A DNA stretch of 64,000 nucleotides from Klebsormidium nitens. Its lineage: Eukaryota; Plantae; Klebsormidiophyceae. Location of the stretch: the NCBI GenBank assembly GCA_000708835.1, contig DF237007.1, positions 124,001 to 188,000 on the forward strand, in the 5' to 3' direction. Shown here piece by piece: positions 34,601-49,600 of the stretch (position 1 is its first letter; each line of letters opens with the position of its first letter). The notes below the pieces were generated by a model. That model ran no database searches and was not told the origin of the DNA. It saw only the letters and a list, made by a program, of their open reading frames with translations. A program made the position numbers and the translations under genes.

Positions 34601-37600
34601 ACACGACGTCCTCGACAAGTCAGTGGCCTTCCTTACTTGTGAGACACAACTTCCTTCCAGGCCAGGAACGGGTCCCGGCACAGCTGGTGCGCGCGCACGC
34701 GCTGTAACCGCTTCACGGCCGCGCACTTGGAGTGCCAGCGCGACCAGGCCTGCAGAAAGTTGCGCGAGACGTCGTCAAGCGGTGGGAGCAAAGGCACCCT
34801 TTCGTGTTTTCTGCTTTTTAAATGCAGAGAAAGAGCGTCGATCATTTCAAACTTTCTCTGCTTCTTTGATAGCACAGGAAGAGCGTAGATCAAGTCAACC
34901 GTATGATTACTTCTGACAGTAAGAAGAGGAGCGAACAAACTCTTCACCTTCCTCTCTGTCGTAATGTGCTGTCACTAACTCTCAGGAAAATTCACTTCTG
35001 CCAGAGTTGTTGGCCCGAAAATACGAGGACGCTCTCTGAAGACCAAGAAGGATTGGCTCAGACTTGGTGCACGTACCCGTAGCGAGCGGATCAAGGACGA
35101 TCGGACGGCGCACTCCGCGGCCGCCTCGTCGCGCCAGATGGTGCGGTGGAGCTGGAGGGCGAGCAGCGTCTGCACACGGAACGGTTTTAGACTCTTGGGA
35201 TTTTAGAAACGGCACTTCTTAAAAGCATTTCGAATTCATTGAATCAAGTCACATCGTCATCTGAGGACGAGTTCTTGAAGTGGAACAGCAATTGGGTGGG
35301 TGTCTGATTTGAAGGGGGACTTTGACAAAGCTTGGCTATGATCTATTGTCGCGTTTTGAGACCCGGGGTTAGGGGAACAAGATACAATCGTACGGGTATG
35401 CGCGCATTCCTTTCTTTGTTTTCCAAGTCACACTAGAGCTCTGCATATCAGACCTATTGAGAAGGAGGGATCTGAAGCTCGAATCTATCCAAGTGTGCAT
35501 GAGGGAAGTCGAAGCAATCGGGGTCATTCCCACCTTCCGCTTCAGCCGCCTTGCCCCTTGCGTGAAAACGCTCCACTCCCGGAACGCGGCCGCGCGCGCA
35601 CGCCGCTCGCTTAGAATTGTCATCCGTTCTACGACGGCCCGGTGGTGCGCTGACGTGGCAGCGACGTCAACCCAGCTGTTAAAGACGGCTCGTGCCACGG
35701 GGTTTTGGAAGGCGGCCAGCGCGTACGCGGCCGCGGCTCGTTGGTCTCCGAGAGTAGCGACGCGGCTCCGAAAGCCGTCGAAGGCACCTGCCTGTGGAGA
35801 CGGGGAACTTGTGAACGACAAAGCGAACGTTGGAAAAGCAATCAGTGTTTTCAGGAGGTGATCGAGGTCGGAAATATGCAGAGTCTCTTGTTCCTGTTCA
35901 TGCAGTGATCAAGAAGCTGCAAGAACAGTAAGGAGACAGTAGTGTTGCGGGTGGGGTGAGTTGGGGGTTAAGGAGGTGTGTGCGCGTGCGGAGCGCGTAT
36001 ACCTTTTGTTTATCGAGTCAAGGGCTGGTTATCCACTGAGCTTCCGCTTACGATATCAAGACACACGGTCTATACGCACGATGTACCAAATGCTTCCTTC
36101 TTGTATCCGTGTTTCTCCCACCGACTCAAGGACTATTTCAGAAATGCCAGGGAGGTTTACATGAGCTTGTGATAGAAGCTGCGTCGTCTGGAGACAAGGC
36201 AGTCTCGGACTGTTCTCTATCACGGAAACGGTAGCGGAACCGGAATCGGAAATGGTAACGGAAAAGGAAGAGCTTCTCACCAGCTGCACGTTCCTCCAGC
36301 GGAGCCCCGCTTTGGTCACCGTGTCGCGCAGCCGCTTCTGCTCGCGCACCCCCTCCCGCCACCCTTGCAGCGCGGCGTGTGCGCGATTGTACGCCCACGC
36401 GCGCAGCGCGCGCTCCAGGACAGCCTTCCACCGGTGTGCCTCGGCAGTGTGCTCGACCCTACAGATTAGGAGGGGAAGTTTTGAGCTCGAGAACGGTTTG
36501 GTTCATTTCAGGAAAAGGTGTTTCTGAAGTGCATCGGCCATCTAGAGGATCTTTGACCTTCCTTCTGGGAAAATTTTGCTCCTAAAGAACTCCTTGAAGA
36601 TGGCTTGTTCTGTCAGCCTCTCAAGTAGATTTAAAAATTTCAGGGGGGAAACAAAGGCGACAAATAATCTTAACAGAGGGACGTTGTAGTAGGTTGAGTG
36701 ATCTACCCCCTTCAAATACCTTTGGTCAGGAAGGCTCCACCGAAAAAGATCTTGCAAAACACTAGCATTCCGTTGAGATGAGAGTTTTTGAGGGCATCCA
36801 ATCTGCGCTTAAGCAAAAGGGATCAGTGTCGCCCAAAACAGGGCCTCACGCCTTACCAGCTCGCCAAAGCGCCCGCCTGCAGCCTCAGGCGGGCCCTGTA
36901 AACGACCGCGTCAACCACCGCCACCCGATGGATCCTCTGGTACGTACTGTTGCGCCACGTGGCGAGCAGGGCCTTGAGCTCCGCCATGGTGACGTCAGGC
37001 GCGGCGCGTCCGCCGCGCCGCACGGCCGCGCGCGCGTCTCTGACCTGGAGCGCGACCTCGCGCCAGCGCGCGAAGGCGGGGCCCGCGCACCGCGCGAGCC
37101 AGTGGCGGTGCGCCTGGCGGAAAAGAGGGTTAGGATGCTCGTCATGATCAGGTTAGTGAAAAGATTGTGGGTTGCATGATATCGGTTTAAACCGTCTCTT
37201 TATGTTTGATGAACGAACAATTTGGACAAACCTGGAGATCTCAGGTTCTGGGGTGTTTGGATTGGTCATCCTCGGGGCCTCAAGCTGACAAGGTCGCGTT
37301 CGATCTTCTATCTGTATCTTATCTCGAACTCTAACGGGATGAAATGTAAAATCTTCTTTGAAGGGACCGAAAGAAGAAAACTCCGATTCCGGTGATAAAT
37401 TTGGGAAGCTAGTGCGTGATGCAGGCGTAGAGAGCCAGAACAGCGCGGCCCTTCTCAGCATGGAGTAATAGGTGGAGGTTATGCACAATTCGTACAGAAC
37501 ACCATGAAAGGAAGGGCTGAAAGGAGTTTGTAAGGCAGATGAGACGAGTGGAGCTCCGTACCACGTTGATGGCTCTCCTCTTGGCCTTTTGTGCGCGCGC

Positions 37601-40600
37601 GGTTCGCGCCCAGTTCAGAAACGCCCCGCCTAGCACGTGTGCGCGCTGGAAGCCCCGCACTGCTCTCCGCAAGAACTGCGGGACAGCGGAGTGGCGGAGT
37701 CAGCGGAACAGCGGATCGGCAGAGCCAGGGGAACACCAAAAGACAGTGGCGTTCGGGCGGCTTCTGTTACGAAGCCAATGTTCGTGCTGATGCAGGCCCG
37801 CTCGCTGCTTCACGCAATATACTTGGAGAAAGGTGCAGTCGCCAGAGTACAGAAGGCCACAATTACACGCACAATGGGGAGGCTGAAGGTTCGAACGTTT
37901 AGCAGCTCTCAAGCCAGCACATCAGACAAGGTTACCCTTTGAGAGATGGGATTCTCAAAGACCGTCCGGCTCACCCGCTGACGGTGTGCGTGCGCGTGCC
38001 ACGCGCGCACTTGGCAGCGAGCTGCTGCCTGGGCGCGCGCGGCGCGGAACACCACGACTGCACAATACAGCGTAACGTCAGCGCAGTGGGAAGGCATCGA
38101 ACGTCGGATGCTTCGTCGTTCTGCTAAGTTGGCGGATCCGGTTATGAAAAGGAGCGATCACAGAACAGAATTGTCGGGCTCTTGTCTGCTCTACGTTGCT
38201 ACAAGAGAAAGGAACATTGAAGGACGAGGTTGTTCAAAAATACAAAGACGTGGACTGAGGCATGTTTTTGACCGAGCCTTTGAATGTCCTGAAATTGAGA
38301 TCAAGCTGTCGTCCTTGCGAAGGGGGGCGCTTCGAAGAAACATCGCAAAAGGCTCTCAACCCTCAAAGAAGGAGGATTTCGTAGGTGCTGAGAGCTGCTA
38401 ATTGCGGAAATACGGCCAAATAATAGAACATCAAAGCCTGATTGAAGCCCGCATTCTGAAGAGAAAGAGATACGATTTGAAGCTGCGGTTGTTCAGCGAG
38501 ACTTACCAGTGGCCGCGACCGCCTTCTTCATGTCAGCAATCCCCTTCCATCTCAAAAGCACGGTCCTCAACCGGAAGTTCTCCATCCGAATGAACACCAG
38601 AGTAAAGAACTCAAGCCGCGCGCGCCTCTCCGTAATCTGCACGTGACGTCATTGCAAGCTTCAGGACGGCGGCTGACGTCGGACAACGAACTTTGTTTTT
38701 CCATAACCCTGAAGCTGAAGCTTCAGCCTTCAGCAGGCATCCTCTGGCAGGCTATCCCGATGAAGGCGACCACAATAACTGAATAACTTCAATAGAGCGA
38801 TTGCCGAGAAATCCAAATTCTGCTCGAAACAGGGAACGTATGGCGTTTCGACATACGGACGGCAACAAGTCATCGCTCCTGCGTACAATCCAATTTGCAG
38901 ACGTGTCTGAACGTTTGCTTTCGCCTCAGCAGGCTGTTTTTGCCGGCCCTTGACATGAGAGGGCCACCCAAAGTGGCACCGTCGTCGCTTTCATGCTTAG
39001 AATCTGCTCTGGATTAACGCAACTCTCAATGCAAGAAACATTAATTGAGCTTCAACGGAAGTTCATCTGAGGTCAAGATAAGGTCTATTCGAGCTTTTTC
39101 TGGCATGTGCTGACGTACCAGCTGTCGCCAAGAGACCCATCCCGACTGCTTCAGCCGCCGCGCGTAGGCCAGCAGCGCACGCGCGTTGGCCTCCCGGGCA
39201 GCCTGCCGAGGAAAGCAAAGACGATTGTCGAGCGAGCTTTCAATTTCGGATTTAGAGGACAGGAGCACCTTTCCAAAGGGTGGAAGTGCAAACCCCTCGG
39301 AAATGTTATAGTAGCTTCTCTCGATTGTTCACGGCGCCGGACTGTTAGATTTTGACTTTCAAGGGTGAGCCCAAAATCCTCGTCCAGAGTCCGCTTGACG
39401 GAAGAGACACAATACCAGCACCCACTACCGGATTCGGCTCCACGACTCGCCTACTTTAGCGGAAGCGCAAAAGAAACAACCGAAGGCCGAAAGGCCAGAC
39501 TGTGTGCATTGCCGCCATTGGCTTATCAGGTCGGTTTCAAATGCTCGATAACCTAGAATCTGCAGTGTGTATTCAGCTTGCCATGATTTTCTTGATTTGA
39601 AAGCTTCTTTTCTGCTTCCCCTCTTCCGTTTTGCCGCTTATATGGTCGGACGCGCTCACCCTCAGCGCCCGCACCCTCCTCTTCCAGGCGTGCAGAAGCG
39701 TCCGCATCCAATGGCCCGCTGCCAGGTGTGCGCGCGCGCGCTTCTCCCGCTGGAGAGCGCAATACGACGTCCACGACCGGAAGTGCAATTCTGCGCGGCA
39801 AATACGGGGTTTTAGGTCGTGTGGAGACATGCTTCTACATTTGGCAAGGTCAACAAGCAGGGGATTCCGTGCCAGGAACTTTTCTACCTTGTGCTTCAGC
39901 AGGGACTAATATCTGACAACGAAAATTAACAAGAGACCTGTAAGAAGACGGAAGACACCGGCAATGACAGTACGACGAAAGACGATCAAAGTGCCGTATG
40001 TCCAGCTTTGTAACTCTTTGTCTCAGAGATCTTCCGGAGGCTTCAAGTTTCTGAACAAAAATCACACGTTATGCTCCAGAGATCTACTGACTCGTCCCGT
40101 TCTAGAAAACAGCAGAAACAAATGATGCTTTCAGGTCGTCTCGTTAAAATCCACATCACCCCCGCCGGCTCACTTTTCGCGTTCCGCTCGCGCATCCCCT
40201 CCCCCCACCGCCGCCGCCTCCCCCGTTCCACCGCCAGCCTGAACCCCGCGACCGCTGACGTCAGCAGCCGCCGGTAGCGGCTCTCGAGCGCGCGCGTGGT
40301 GTGCGCGCGCGCGAGCTCGCGCTCGTGGCACCATTCGAGCCAGCGGTCGAACGCGAGCGCCTGCTTTAGGCACTCCCAGCGCGCGAGCGCGCGCAGAGCG
40401 CGCTCGCCGAGGGGCTTTCCGTGGCAGAGCGCGGCAATCTGCGGAAGGACGACTTGGGTAAGGGTACTACGAGATCGTCTTGCTCTGATGGATGATTTGC
40501 TCCAGCTTGCAAACGATGTTGGTACGTAGGTTGGTCTTCATCAAGTACTGGCTCTTCCAACCAAGGCAAGTATTACTTTGGAGAGATCCTCCCACAAAAT

Positions 40601-43600
40601 AAGTAAAGGCGGGTAAATGGAGAATAACAACCTTTTAAGGGCGTTTGCTGATCGCCGTCGACGTCTTTTATTTCGTTTGAAATTCATCGTTCAACAGTCA
40701 AAGGAAAAGTGGTTGATAAAAGTGTTTGGGTCAAGTTGGAGTGAGCGGCTCATTCCTCTGTCTCATTCAAAGATTGTGCCCCTGAGCGAAAGAGTTCTGC
40801 AGCAATGGTCATCCCGTACAGCCGCTTTGTCCCAAAACCTGCCTGATTCCCCGAGGCATATCCGAGCGGAGAAAAAGGTTTCAGTCATGCTACGTCACGT
40901 GAAACGAAGTCGATAGCAGTCGCGTATTGAACTTTTCCGGTGCGCTTCCAACTATCGACACTCACCCTCGCAACCTCCGCTTCCTCCTTCCTGATGTTCT
41001 TCGCGGTGTCAAGCCAGTCGCGCAGAATCTCGCGCAATCGCTCTGTCCGCACCCGCTCGTACAGCGCCGCGGCCGCCTTGCGCGTCCAAATAAGGCGCAC
41101 CCACGTGCGGAATGCGCGCCCCAGCGCGCCCACCTGCCAGTTGCGCAGGAGCGCGCGCAGCGCGCGCTTGACGCGCACGTTCTCGCGCAGCTCGAAAAAG
41201 GCGCCCGCAAGGAGGTCGCGCCGGTACTGCGCTTTGACGCGCACGGCGAGTTGGTCGGCGGCGCTGTGGAAAAGCAACAAAGCGAAGACAATCAGTGGCT
41301 AGTAACCGGCGAACGTGTAAACGATGCTCGTCAGGAGGTTCGAAGGGCCCTTGTAGCGGTTCAAGACGAAAAAGCATCAACGGGGTTTGAAGGGATTTGA
41401 ATCTGCCTTTCGGAAGATATGGCCCGTTAATCAAACCGAATGCCTTGACTCAGAAACTGTTGAGCTGAGTCAACTGCCTGCTAGAATCAAAGCAAAGCTT
41501 ACACGAGCTGGATTTGCGGAAAAGGGGATGCCTCCGCGTCTCTGAATCTCAAAATAAGAGCGACATCTCCTTCCCGCGCCTACTTTGAATTACTTTCATC
41601 TCAAGGGAAATAAGAAATCAACCAAACGCCGTCGGTGCCAAATTATGTGCGCGAGCTCACCTGACGATTTCCCTCACGCACTTAACGTACTCGCGCCACG
41701 CGGCCCACGCCTCTGCTGCCATCTTGCGGTCGTACAGCCGCCGCGCCTCTCGCTTCACCTGACGCATGCCGGCCGCGTAGCGGAAACCCTCCAGCGCGGC
41801 CGCGAGGAGCCGCCGGCCGCGCTTCTCGCGGAGCAGGTTCACGCGGAAGATGGTCTCCATGCGGTCTCTGTCGGGAAGGAAATCCGGGTTGGTGTTTGGT
41901 CTGGATTGCTAACCCGGTTGTGAATCCAAAGAAAACAGTGATTTATGCGATTGAAGGAACGTGAGTCAAGAAACTTGAACATGGATCGTGTTGATATAAG
42001 ACTTGGAAGGGTGCTTTTCCTCGATTGACGTCAGATAATGCTCAGCCTTTCAGATTCAGTTCTCGCTTTGTACTTCGAAGTTATGAAGGAAGGCCGTGCG
42101 AGGTTCATGAAGAGCGGCGGACAGTTGTACCAAAAGAATTGTGCAGGATCGCCGCACGCATTGGTGACGTGACAATTTTCGCACACAACGCATGCTTCGC
42201 AGTACCACACTAGAAGTTTGGTTTTGAGAAAGTCGCGCGCGAGCCCTCACATCCAGGACGCGAGCGCTTTTCTGAGCAGCCGCGCACAGTCGTGCTCGAC
42301 GGCCATGTCCTCCACCGCGCGCGCGGTTTGCTCCGCCTCCGTCACTTCCCTCCACTGGTGAAACGCAGTGTACAGCTGGCGCTGGGTTAGCAGGACCACG
42401 GCGCGGTTAAGCAAACCCAGGCGGCGGCGCTTGTCCGCGACCTTGTCCGCCCACCCGTCGAAGGCGCTGCGGAGCGTCCGCTGCTGCCAGCTGGCACGAA
42501 ATGAGTGGTTGTCAGTTCCAGAGCTTCTGAGATTGAAGCTTACAGTGGGCGTGTAGGCATTTTCGGTCGGGCGGTTGAATAGTTGTCGAAGAGCGTTTGA
42601 CGGCTACAGAAAACTCTCATCACATATTCAAAGCCCGGAATGCCACTTTGTGATCTGTGGGACGAAAGCCTGATGGAGGAACTAATCTTGAGAATAGAGC
42701 AGATTGTGTGCAACCTATCGCTGAAACGTTTCGAGACGTTGCCAATTGACTTAACGAAGGGCTCAACGGGTGCTTACTGGTGGTCGAAAGGAACCCAAAA
42801 AGCAGTAGGACACACGAACGGCTACAAATTTTGTCACATAAAATGTCCATGAATGGGTTGCTGAAGTCGTGCCCGACAAGACCGCCCTTTGATTATGAAA
42901 GATTGTTCTCCCCGAAAGAAAGATTGCCACTGAGGCAAGGAAAAACACGCAGATTTGCTGAAGAATTATTACCAAGATCACAAACGTAGCACAAAACAAA
43001 CGAACGGGAACTCCTCGTCTGTATATTATCTGCCGGCTGGAAAAAAGCTCTGTACGGCCTACCTTTTGACAACCGCAGTCAGCACCTTCCGCGCTCGCCG
43101 CTTCTCCCGCGCAGTCACGGACCACTCCGCCAAGACCTCCGCCATCTGCTTCAGCGCGCGCCGCGCGCGCGCGCCCTCTAAGAGCGCGCCCCAGCGCGCG
43201 TGCTCCTCCGCCCACCCCCTCCAAAACCTCAGAACCTCGCGCGAGACGCGCACTCCGCGCCGCACGAGCGCGCGCTCGACCAAACGTTCCCTCTCGCCGC
43301 GCCCCGACACAACCGCCGCCCAGTTCCGCAGAACCGCCGACGCCATCCGCTTCCCGTGCCGGAGCAACGCCTGCTCGACACGTGTCCGCACGTCCTTGCG
43401 GTAGAGGAAGCCGTCTAGCCAGCACGAGAAGGCGCCGCGCAGTTGCATGGACCTCCAGAAGCCGACCGCGCGCCTGAGCGCGCGCTTCTTCTCCCTGCGC
43501 GATTCCCAGCCGTCGTGCCAGCCTAGGAAGGCGGCGCGCAGCCGGTGCGTGTTCCAGAAAGCGACGGCGCGCTCGAGGCGGCCGCGCTTGTCCGTGCGCG

Positions 43601-46600
43601 CGCGCGCGAGCTCGCGCCAGAGGCCGAAGGCGCCGCTGAGCTGGCCTTTCTGCCAGTGCGCGAGCGCGCGCCTGCACGAAAGACGTCTGTAAGATTCGCG
43701 CTTGGAGGTCTCAAACATATACTACGATAGATGATGTCCTCCAATCTAGGTTGCAAGTATATGTTTGAGACCTGCATACTTAGCGTGTCTGTCTTGTTTA
43801 AAGCTTATTTGAAACAGTAGTCTGAACATGCTCATCATCCTTGAAAAGATTGACTGCTTCAATTGTGTGACTAATACCTTAAAATCGTGGCCCTTAGCAT
43901 TCCAATAATCTGCAACAGATTTCATAGAAAAATTGAGGTCAACTCCTCGACCTTCCGGTTTTCGGACGACTCCTCAACATCGACTCTCCATGCCAAGCAC
44001 AAGTCAGGCTGGCTTGGAAAACCCAGTTTGGAATTTCTCAAAGACAAAAGTTCACAATTTGCTGTCCCCAGCCATCACCTGGGCTTCCATACGCTACACC
44101 CCACCTTAGGACCGGGGCGGTGCCCGCGTGCTCTCGCCAGGCGTGCATCACTCGTGCGGTCTCCCTCTCGCGCCATACGCTATCCGCCCGCTCTTTCGCC
44201 TCGTAGCCGCGCGCGCGCTGCTCGAAGTACTCCTTCCACGCGCGGAGAGCTTTGTCCTTGTAGCCGTTGCCGCAGCAACGCCTGGGAGGAAAAGAAAGCT
44301 TAGGAGCCGTGTAAAAAGGATCAACGAACGTCAAACAATGAGTACTGAGATTTCATGATGAGACTAAATACAAAGAAAATGGGAGACGTTGTCGAGTGAA
44401 AGGAAGACACGCATCGGTCAAACAGTCCCCAAATGCGTTCTCGCTGCGCGATGTAGAGGAATCCTGGGCTCTCGCATCCCGCACTCCCCTACCGTGGAGC
44501 CGGCAAGCCTAAGAATGTGACAAGGGCAGGATAGGACATACCTCGGAGAGTTTAATGCTAGAAGCTTGCATCAAAGTGATCGGAAGCACTTCTCGTGATC
44601 TGCATACTACCTGTTGGGGTTGAGAGACTGTAATGATATTCGTTGTCTTGCCCTTAACTGCAAGAACCCGATTCTTAATGCATCGAAGGGGGCTGATCGA
44701 CATGACGAAGCAATGGTCCGCCAAATGATTCAAGCAAACCTTTGGACACGCGTTCCTAATAAGGCGCAGGACCTCTTAGACCAGGGGTTCAAGGAGACTT
44801 TTGATCCAGCAGTATATGTTCTGCACAGAGATACACGCCTCGTGCACGCCTCAACTCTGCCTCTAACCATTGTCAGATTTTCATCCCCTCCAGAATACTC
44901 AAAAGCAGACCAAAGCCGTTCCACTGAATGACGTCACTCTACGAGCACCGATTCCACCATTGAGCGCCCCCAACCCAGGCCTCCTTTGCCTGCCAGAACA
45001 TCCCGCTACCAATACGTCTTCTCGAATCCACACAAGATGACATCAGGCTCAACGAGATGACGCCACTCACTCTGCCAGCGCGTTCGCCCGCTCCTTCCAC
45101 TTGGCGTTCCCCAGCCTGCCCCGGCATTCTGCTCCGAACGAACCAAGTCTCCAAAATCCCACAGAGGATAACGTCAGGCGCAACAAAGTAACGTGACTCA
45201 CTCTGCCAGCGCGTTCGCCCGCTCCTTCCACTTGGCGTTCCCTGTCTTGCCCGATCATCCCGCTTCCAAAGGGGAAAGTATTCCAAAGCCCACAGACGAT
45301 GACGTCAGGCTGAATTGGGTGACGTGACTCACTCTGCCAGCGCGTTCGCCCGCTCCTTCCACTTGGCGTTCCTCAGCCAGGTTTGCCACGCCGTCAGGCA
45401 GCGCAGCAGGCTCTTCCGCCGCCACACCTCGAGCGCGATGCGGCTCGCCTTCCCGCTCGCGAGCGCGCCCCCGGCGAGCGCGAGCGACACCTCGCCGCTC
45501 GCCCACCTGGGTGGTGTGAATTGAATTGTTAGCTTTATGCTCGCAAGCGCGCTCCCGCAAGCCTAAACGACGGCTCTCCGATGATGAGTCTGGTGTTCAA
45601 GCCGTGCAGTTGTCGCAAACTTTCTCGTAACCGATGTTTTTAGGCACTTGCATTGATGCCAAAGCTGCCCGTTCAGAGTGTTAGCGAAAATAGCTTCGAG
45701 CTTCGAAAACTAAAAGATAGATAAAGATAAATAGATAAAGATAAAAGATAAATGAATTTCAAAAATTTTTTGACCAACTTTTTCTCTGCTTCTTGGGGCT
45801 TTAGGCGTCTTTTTGGACCAGCTTCAACTTTCATGGACATACCAGCAAAGATGTTGGAAAGGCAACAAATGAACCGGCAGAATTTCCTTGTAATCGTGTA
45901 TGTTGAGACGCTAACTAAATATTCCCTGGTCGTTCCGTGAACATGATATCGATTAAAGCTACCAACCTTGCGATTGCCACCTGCGCGGCGGTCCTTAATC
46001 GCCGCTCCTTCTGCGCGTGACTCAGCAGCCCCTGTAGTCCCTTCTGGAGCCAGCTCTGCCGCCACTGCTTGACCGCCACGTGGACCATCTTCGTCGCGCG
46101 CGCCCAGCGCGCGAGCGCCCACCTCAGGAGCGCGCGGTCACCGCGCCCGGCCGCGACCTCCGACGCCGCGCCGAGGTGCCGCCGGAAGCGCGCGTGCAGC
46201 TTCCACCAGACGAACGCGCGCGACACGAGGCGGGTTTGGCGGGTTTGGAGGCCGGTTTGGAAGGTCTGGGCGAGGGTTTTGGCGCGGCGGGTGTGCGCGC
46301 GCCAGCGGCGGAAGGCGCTCTTAAGGAGGCCCTCGGACCAAAGGCCTGGAAATGGTCAGACTGGATGTTTTAGGAGGAGGGAGAGAGCGCTTCAATCATA
46401 TCCTTGAAGCCGCTGTAGTACCGCCTTATAGATGGAATCAACGAGCATGTTTTGGGAAGGCGTGAATCCTACGAACGGATAGAGAGTTCCGGCGCAGTCG
46501 ATGAGGTTGCGGCAGGCCCAAATGTACGGGCAGCAACATTTTGCAGAACCACACTCCAGGATTTGTACCCGACATCTCGAAACCAGCCAGAGCGGGCATT

Positions 46601-49600
46601 TCAAATCAAGGAATTTTCAGTAGTCTGACTGAAAAGACAAAGTGGAATCCTGCAGGATGACGACAGCAGGTTTCTCAACGGACAGCAGACGTACCGAGAG
46701 CCCAGCTCTTGCTCGTTTTGATCCTGTGCCATGCCTTCCACTCCTGCAGTGCCACGTGGCACACCCTCCTGCCGTCGAAACGCTCCGCCTTTTGGAGCAT
46801 TTCCCCTTTCCACGCCCGGTAACCCACCAACGTCCGCCACTCCGCGAAACACCTCCCCAATTTTGCCCTCTCCCGAGCTGCCACGTGGCACGTCAGCGAC
46901 GCGCGCTTCTCTCTGTTTGCGCGCGCGCACGCGTGCCACCTCAGGAAGGCCCGGTCCCTCACGTAGCTATCCCGCTCGTGCGCGAGCTTCTCTGCGCGCG
47001 CGCGGCCCCCGAGCGCCCGCTCGCGCGCCTCGCGCCACCCCTGGAACGCTCGCGCGCACAGCTGCCCGCCGAAGAATTTCACCACAATCCGGCGCTGCTT
47101 TCCGGCCACCACGGCGGAACGGAGCTCTGACAGGAACGCCTTCTTCCAGCGGAGCGCCCAGGTGTGGCGCGCTCTCTCGACGATGCCCCGCCGCCGTTTG
47201 ACGGCGTCGGCGTTCGCTTTGAGCGTCGCGAAGGCCTTGCTGAGGGTGAGGTTTGCCAGGCGGCCCAGCGCTTTCCGAAGAAGGGACCGCTGGTACAGGG
47301 CCTCGGCGGTGTGCTCCGTCCAGCGACGGAACGCGCGCGCGATGGGGAGGTTTTGCCAGTTGGTTAAGACCTGTACGTATACGACTGCCGTCAGGATTCT
47401 TTATCTTTTGACTGATTTTAATCCACTTTTTTGGTCCTCTGTTTCAGCCCCGTGTGACAAGTAGAAATGACTTTGCGCTTTTGTGGGCATGATTCCATTT
47501 CGACTCAAGCTTTGACCTTAGTTTGATTGTTATTGGTGAACGGTCGTTTCTTTTCTCTCACATCAAAATGCTCGGAAAAGTACTGAGGAGCAACCAATGA
47601 TCCCTCCTGATTGACCATAAAGGATCCTTCAATCAGCGAAAGAGGTTTCACGCCCAAGACATACTTCTTACCCTCCATGAGAGAAGCTTGCTAACTGATG
47701 GTTTCGTGGACTCCAATGGTTTCTGTGCCGCTTTAAAGCTACTTGAACTCACCCGCCTCATCACGGCCTTATCTTCGTGTCTCCTCTCCACCACCTCCCT
47801 CCAAACCTCCCACGCCGCCCAAACCCTCCACAGCCGCCACCGCTCGACACACGCGGCCGCGAGCGCCTTCTTCTCGCGCGTGCTCGCGGTCTCCTCCCGC
47901 CACGTGGCAAAAGCGGAGGCCAGGTCGAAGACCTCCCAGCGGCCGACGGCTTTGATCATCGTGGCCGTCCGTTGGGACTTCGCCTCGACGATGGCGTGCC
48001 ACGTGTTGAAAGCGCGTGCAAGCCCCCGGTTGCGCCAGTGGAGGAGCGCGCGACAGCACACGGCTTTTTGCTCTTGCCTGGGGAAGGACAAGCAAAGGTC
48101 GGGTCAAACTTGTACAGATACTGGTTTTCGAGTTGAAAGCGGGACGCCCGAGCGGAGAGGGTCAAGTGGAGCAGATTGTGAGGTATGAGCAGCAAAAAAG
48201 AGCAACCCCGTAATCTGGTCAGGCCTCGTTGCTGGTAGTTGGCAAACCGCAAAAGCAGATATGAGGGTAATAGCCTATTAATATGCAACTGAACACGAGT
48301 CTGAGTTCAAAGTGCGGTAATATTGAGGATACGTCTTAGCACTGGCCTCATTCATCGTTGCCACATTCTGCCAATCTTGGAAAGCATCGAGGTAATACGT
48401 ATGGAAGAATTCTCCATCGGCGATTCTTATGAAGAAGACGTTTCAGGCTTTATGAGCACCACCGCTGGGCAGATTCCAGAATAATCAGGCCTTTCAACTA
48501 GCACTTGACCACACGGCAGATTAGATATTTCCGTTCAGAAAGACATGCGTCGGTAACGCCTTACAAGGTCCAGCTTTCTGAAGGTACCTGGAAGGCAGCT
48601 TACCGGTGATCTACTGCGTCTTCCCACTGCCGGAACGCCCCTCTTAGCGTATGGGCCCTCCGCATTTTCACAACGCGCACTTCCAGCCCCGCCTTCCCCT
48701 GCCTATACTCGGTGTAACTACGCCAGCCCCTCAAAGACATTCTCACCCTCTGCTGCCGCCACCACCGCCCAGCGGTGTGAATACTCTCCTTCTTCGCGAG
48801 CGAGTACTGGGCGTTCTCCTTTAACGCCCAGAAAACCCGCCGGGTTAGCCGTAGATTAGCTCGTAACCGGTGCGGGTTGACCAGGGTTTTCGTGAGAAAC
48901 ACCTCCCGCCACTTGGTCCAGACTTTGGTCGCCGCCAGGTGTGAAGCCGCCCGTTTGCAGTCCGCCAAGAGCTGCTCGTGGGCGACCCGGCGCCTTTTCA
49001 CACCGAGCCACGAGCGCATGATTCGGTCGAGGCTCTTGAGGGTGAGAATGCGCTCCGCGGACAAGGTCAGCGCGTGTAACCGCCGACTGCGGACCGCGCG
49101 TTTGCGCCACGTGTGCAGCGAGGTGTGGAGGGCTTTGGTCATGCGGTGCAGATGCCCGCGCTCTGTGAGCGCGCTTTTCCTGTGCCGTTCAGCTGCCCAC
49201 GTGATCCAGGCTCTGTACAGGTGACGTCTAGAGTTAGAACGTGAATGGCTCACGGGAGTTCACACTATCTTCTGTTGTACGTATGGCGGACTCCCGCGTA
49301 AAGAGCCCTTTTCACCGGAAGGGCCCGACTGCCTTACCTGGTCCTTTTTTATCCCCTTGACCAAAATACGACGAAGCTCTTTCTGTTCGTTCTTGATCAT
49401 GAGGGTTGACGGCAAAAGATTGGCATAGTGCAGTAAGAGTCAGAGCGAACCTTACGCTCAGAATAAGTAATTCTGCACGCTTGCTGTTCCGCAGAGTATG
49501 CACTCTCCGAAACAGAGGAGATAGAAGCAAATCTTCTCCTTCATATGCCGTACGTTAACGTGAGCCCAGGACGATACCACCAAAGAGGCAACCCTTCTCC

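Noticed and set aside
45030-45372. CRISPR-like repeat-spacer array
   Set aside because: Eukaryotic intron; the repeats are exon-end copies, the spacers are similar to each other and there are no cas genes.
45712-45752. AAAGAT(A)-type microsatellite
   Set aside because: An ordinary short intronic simple repeat.
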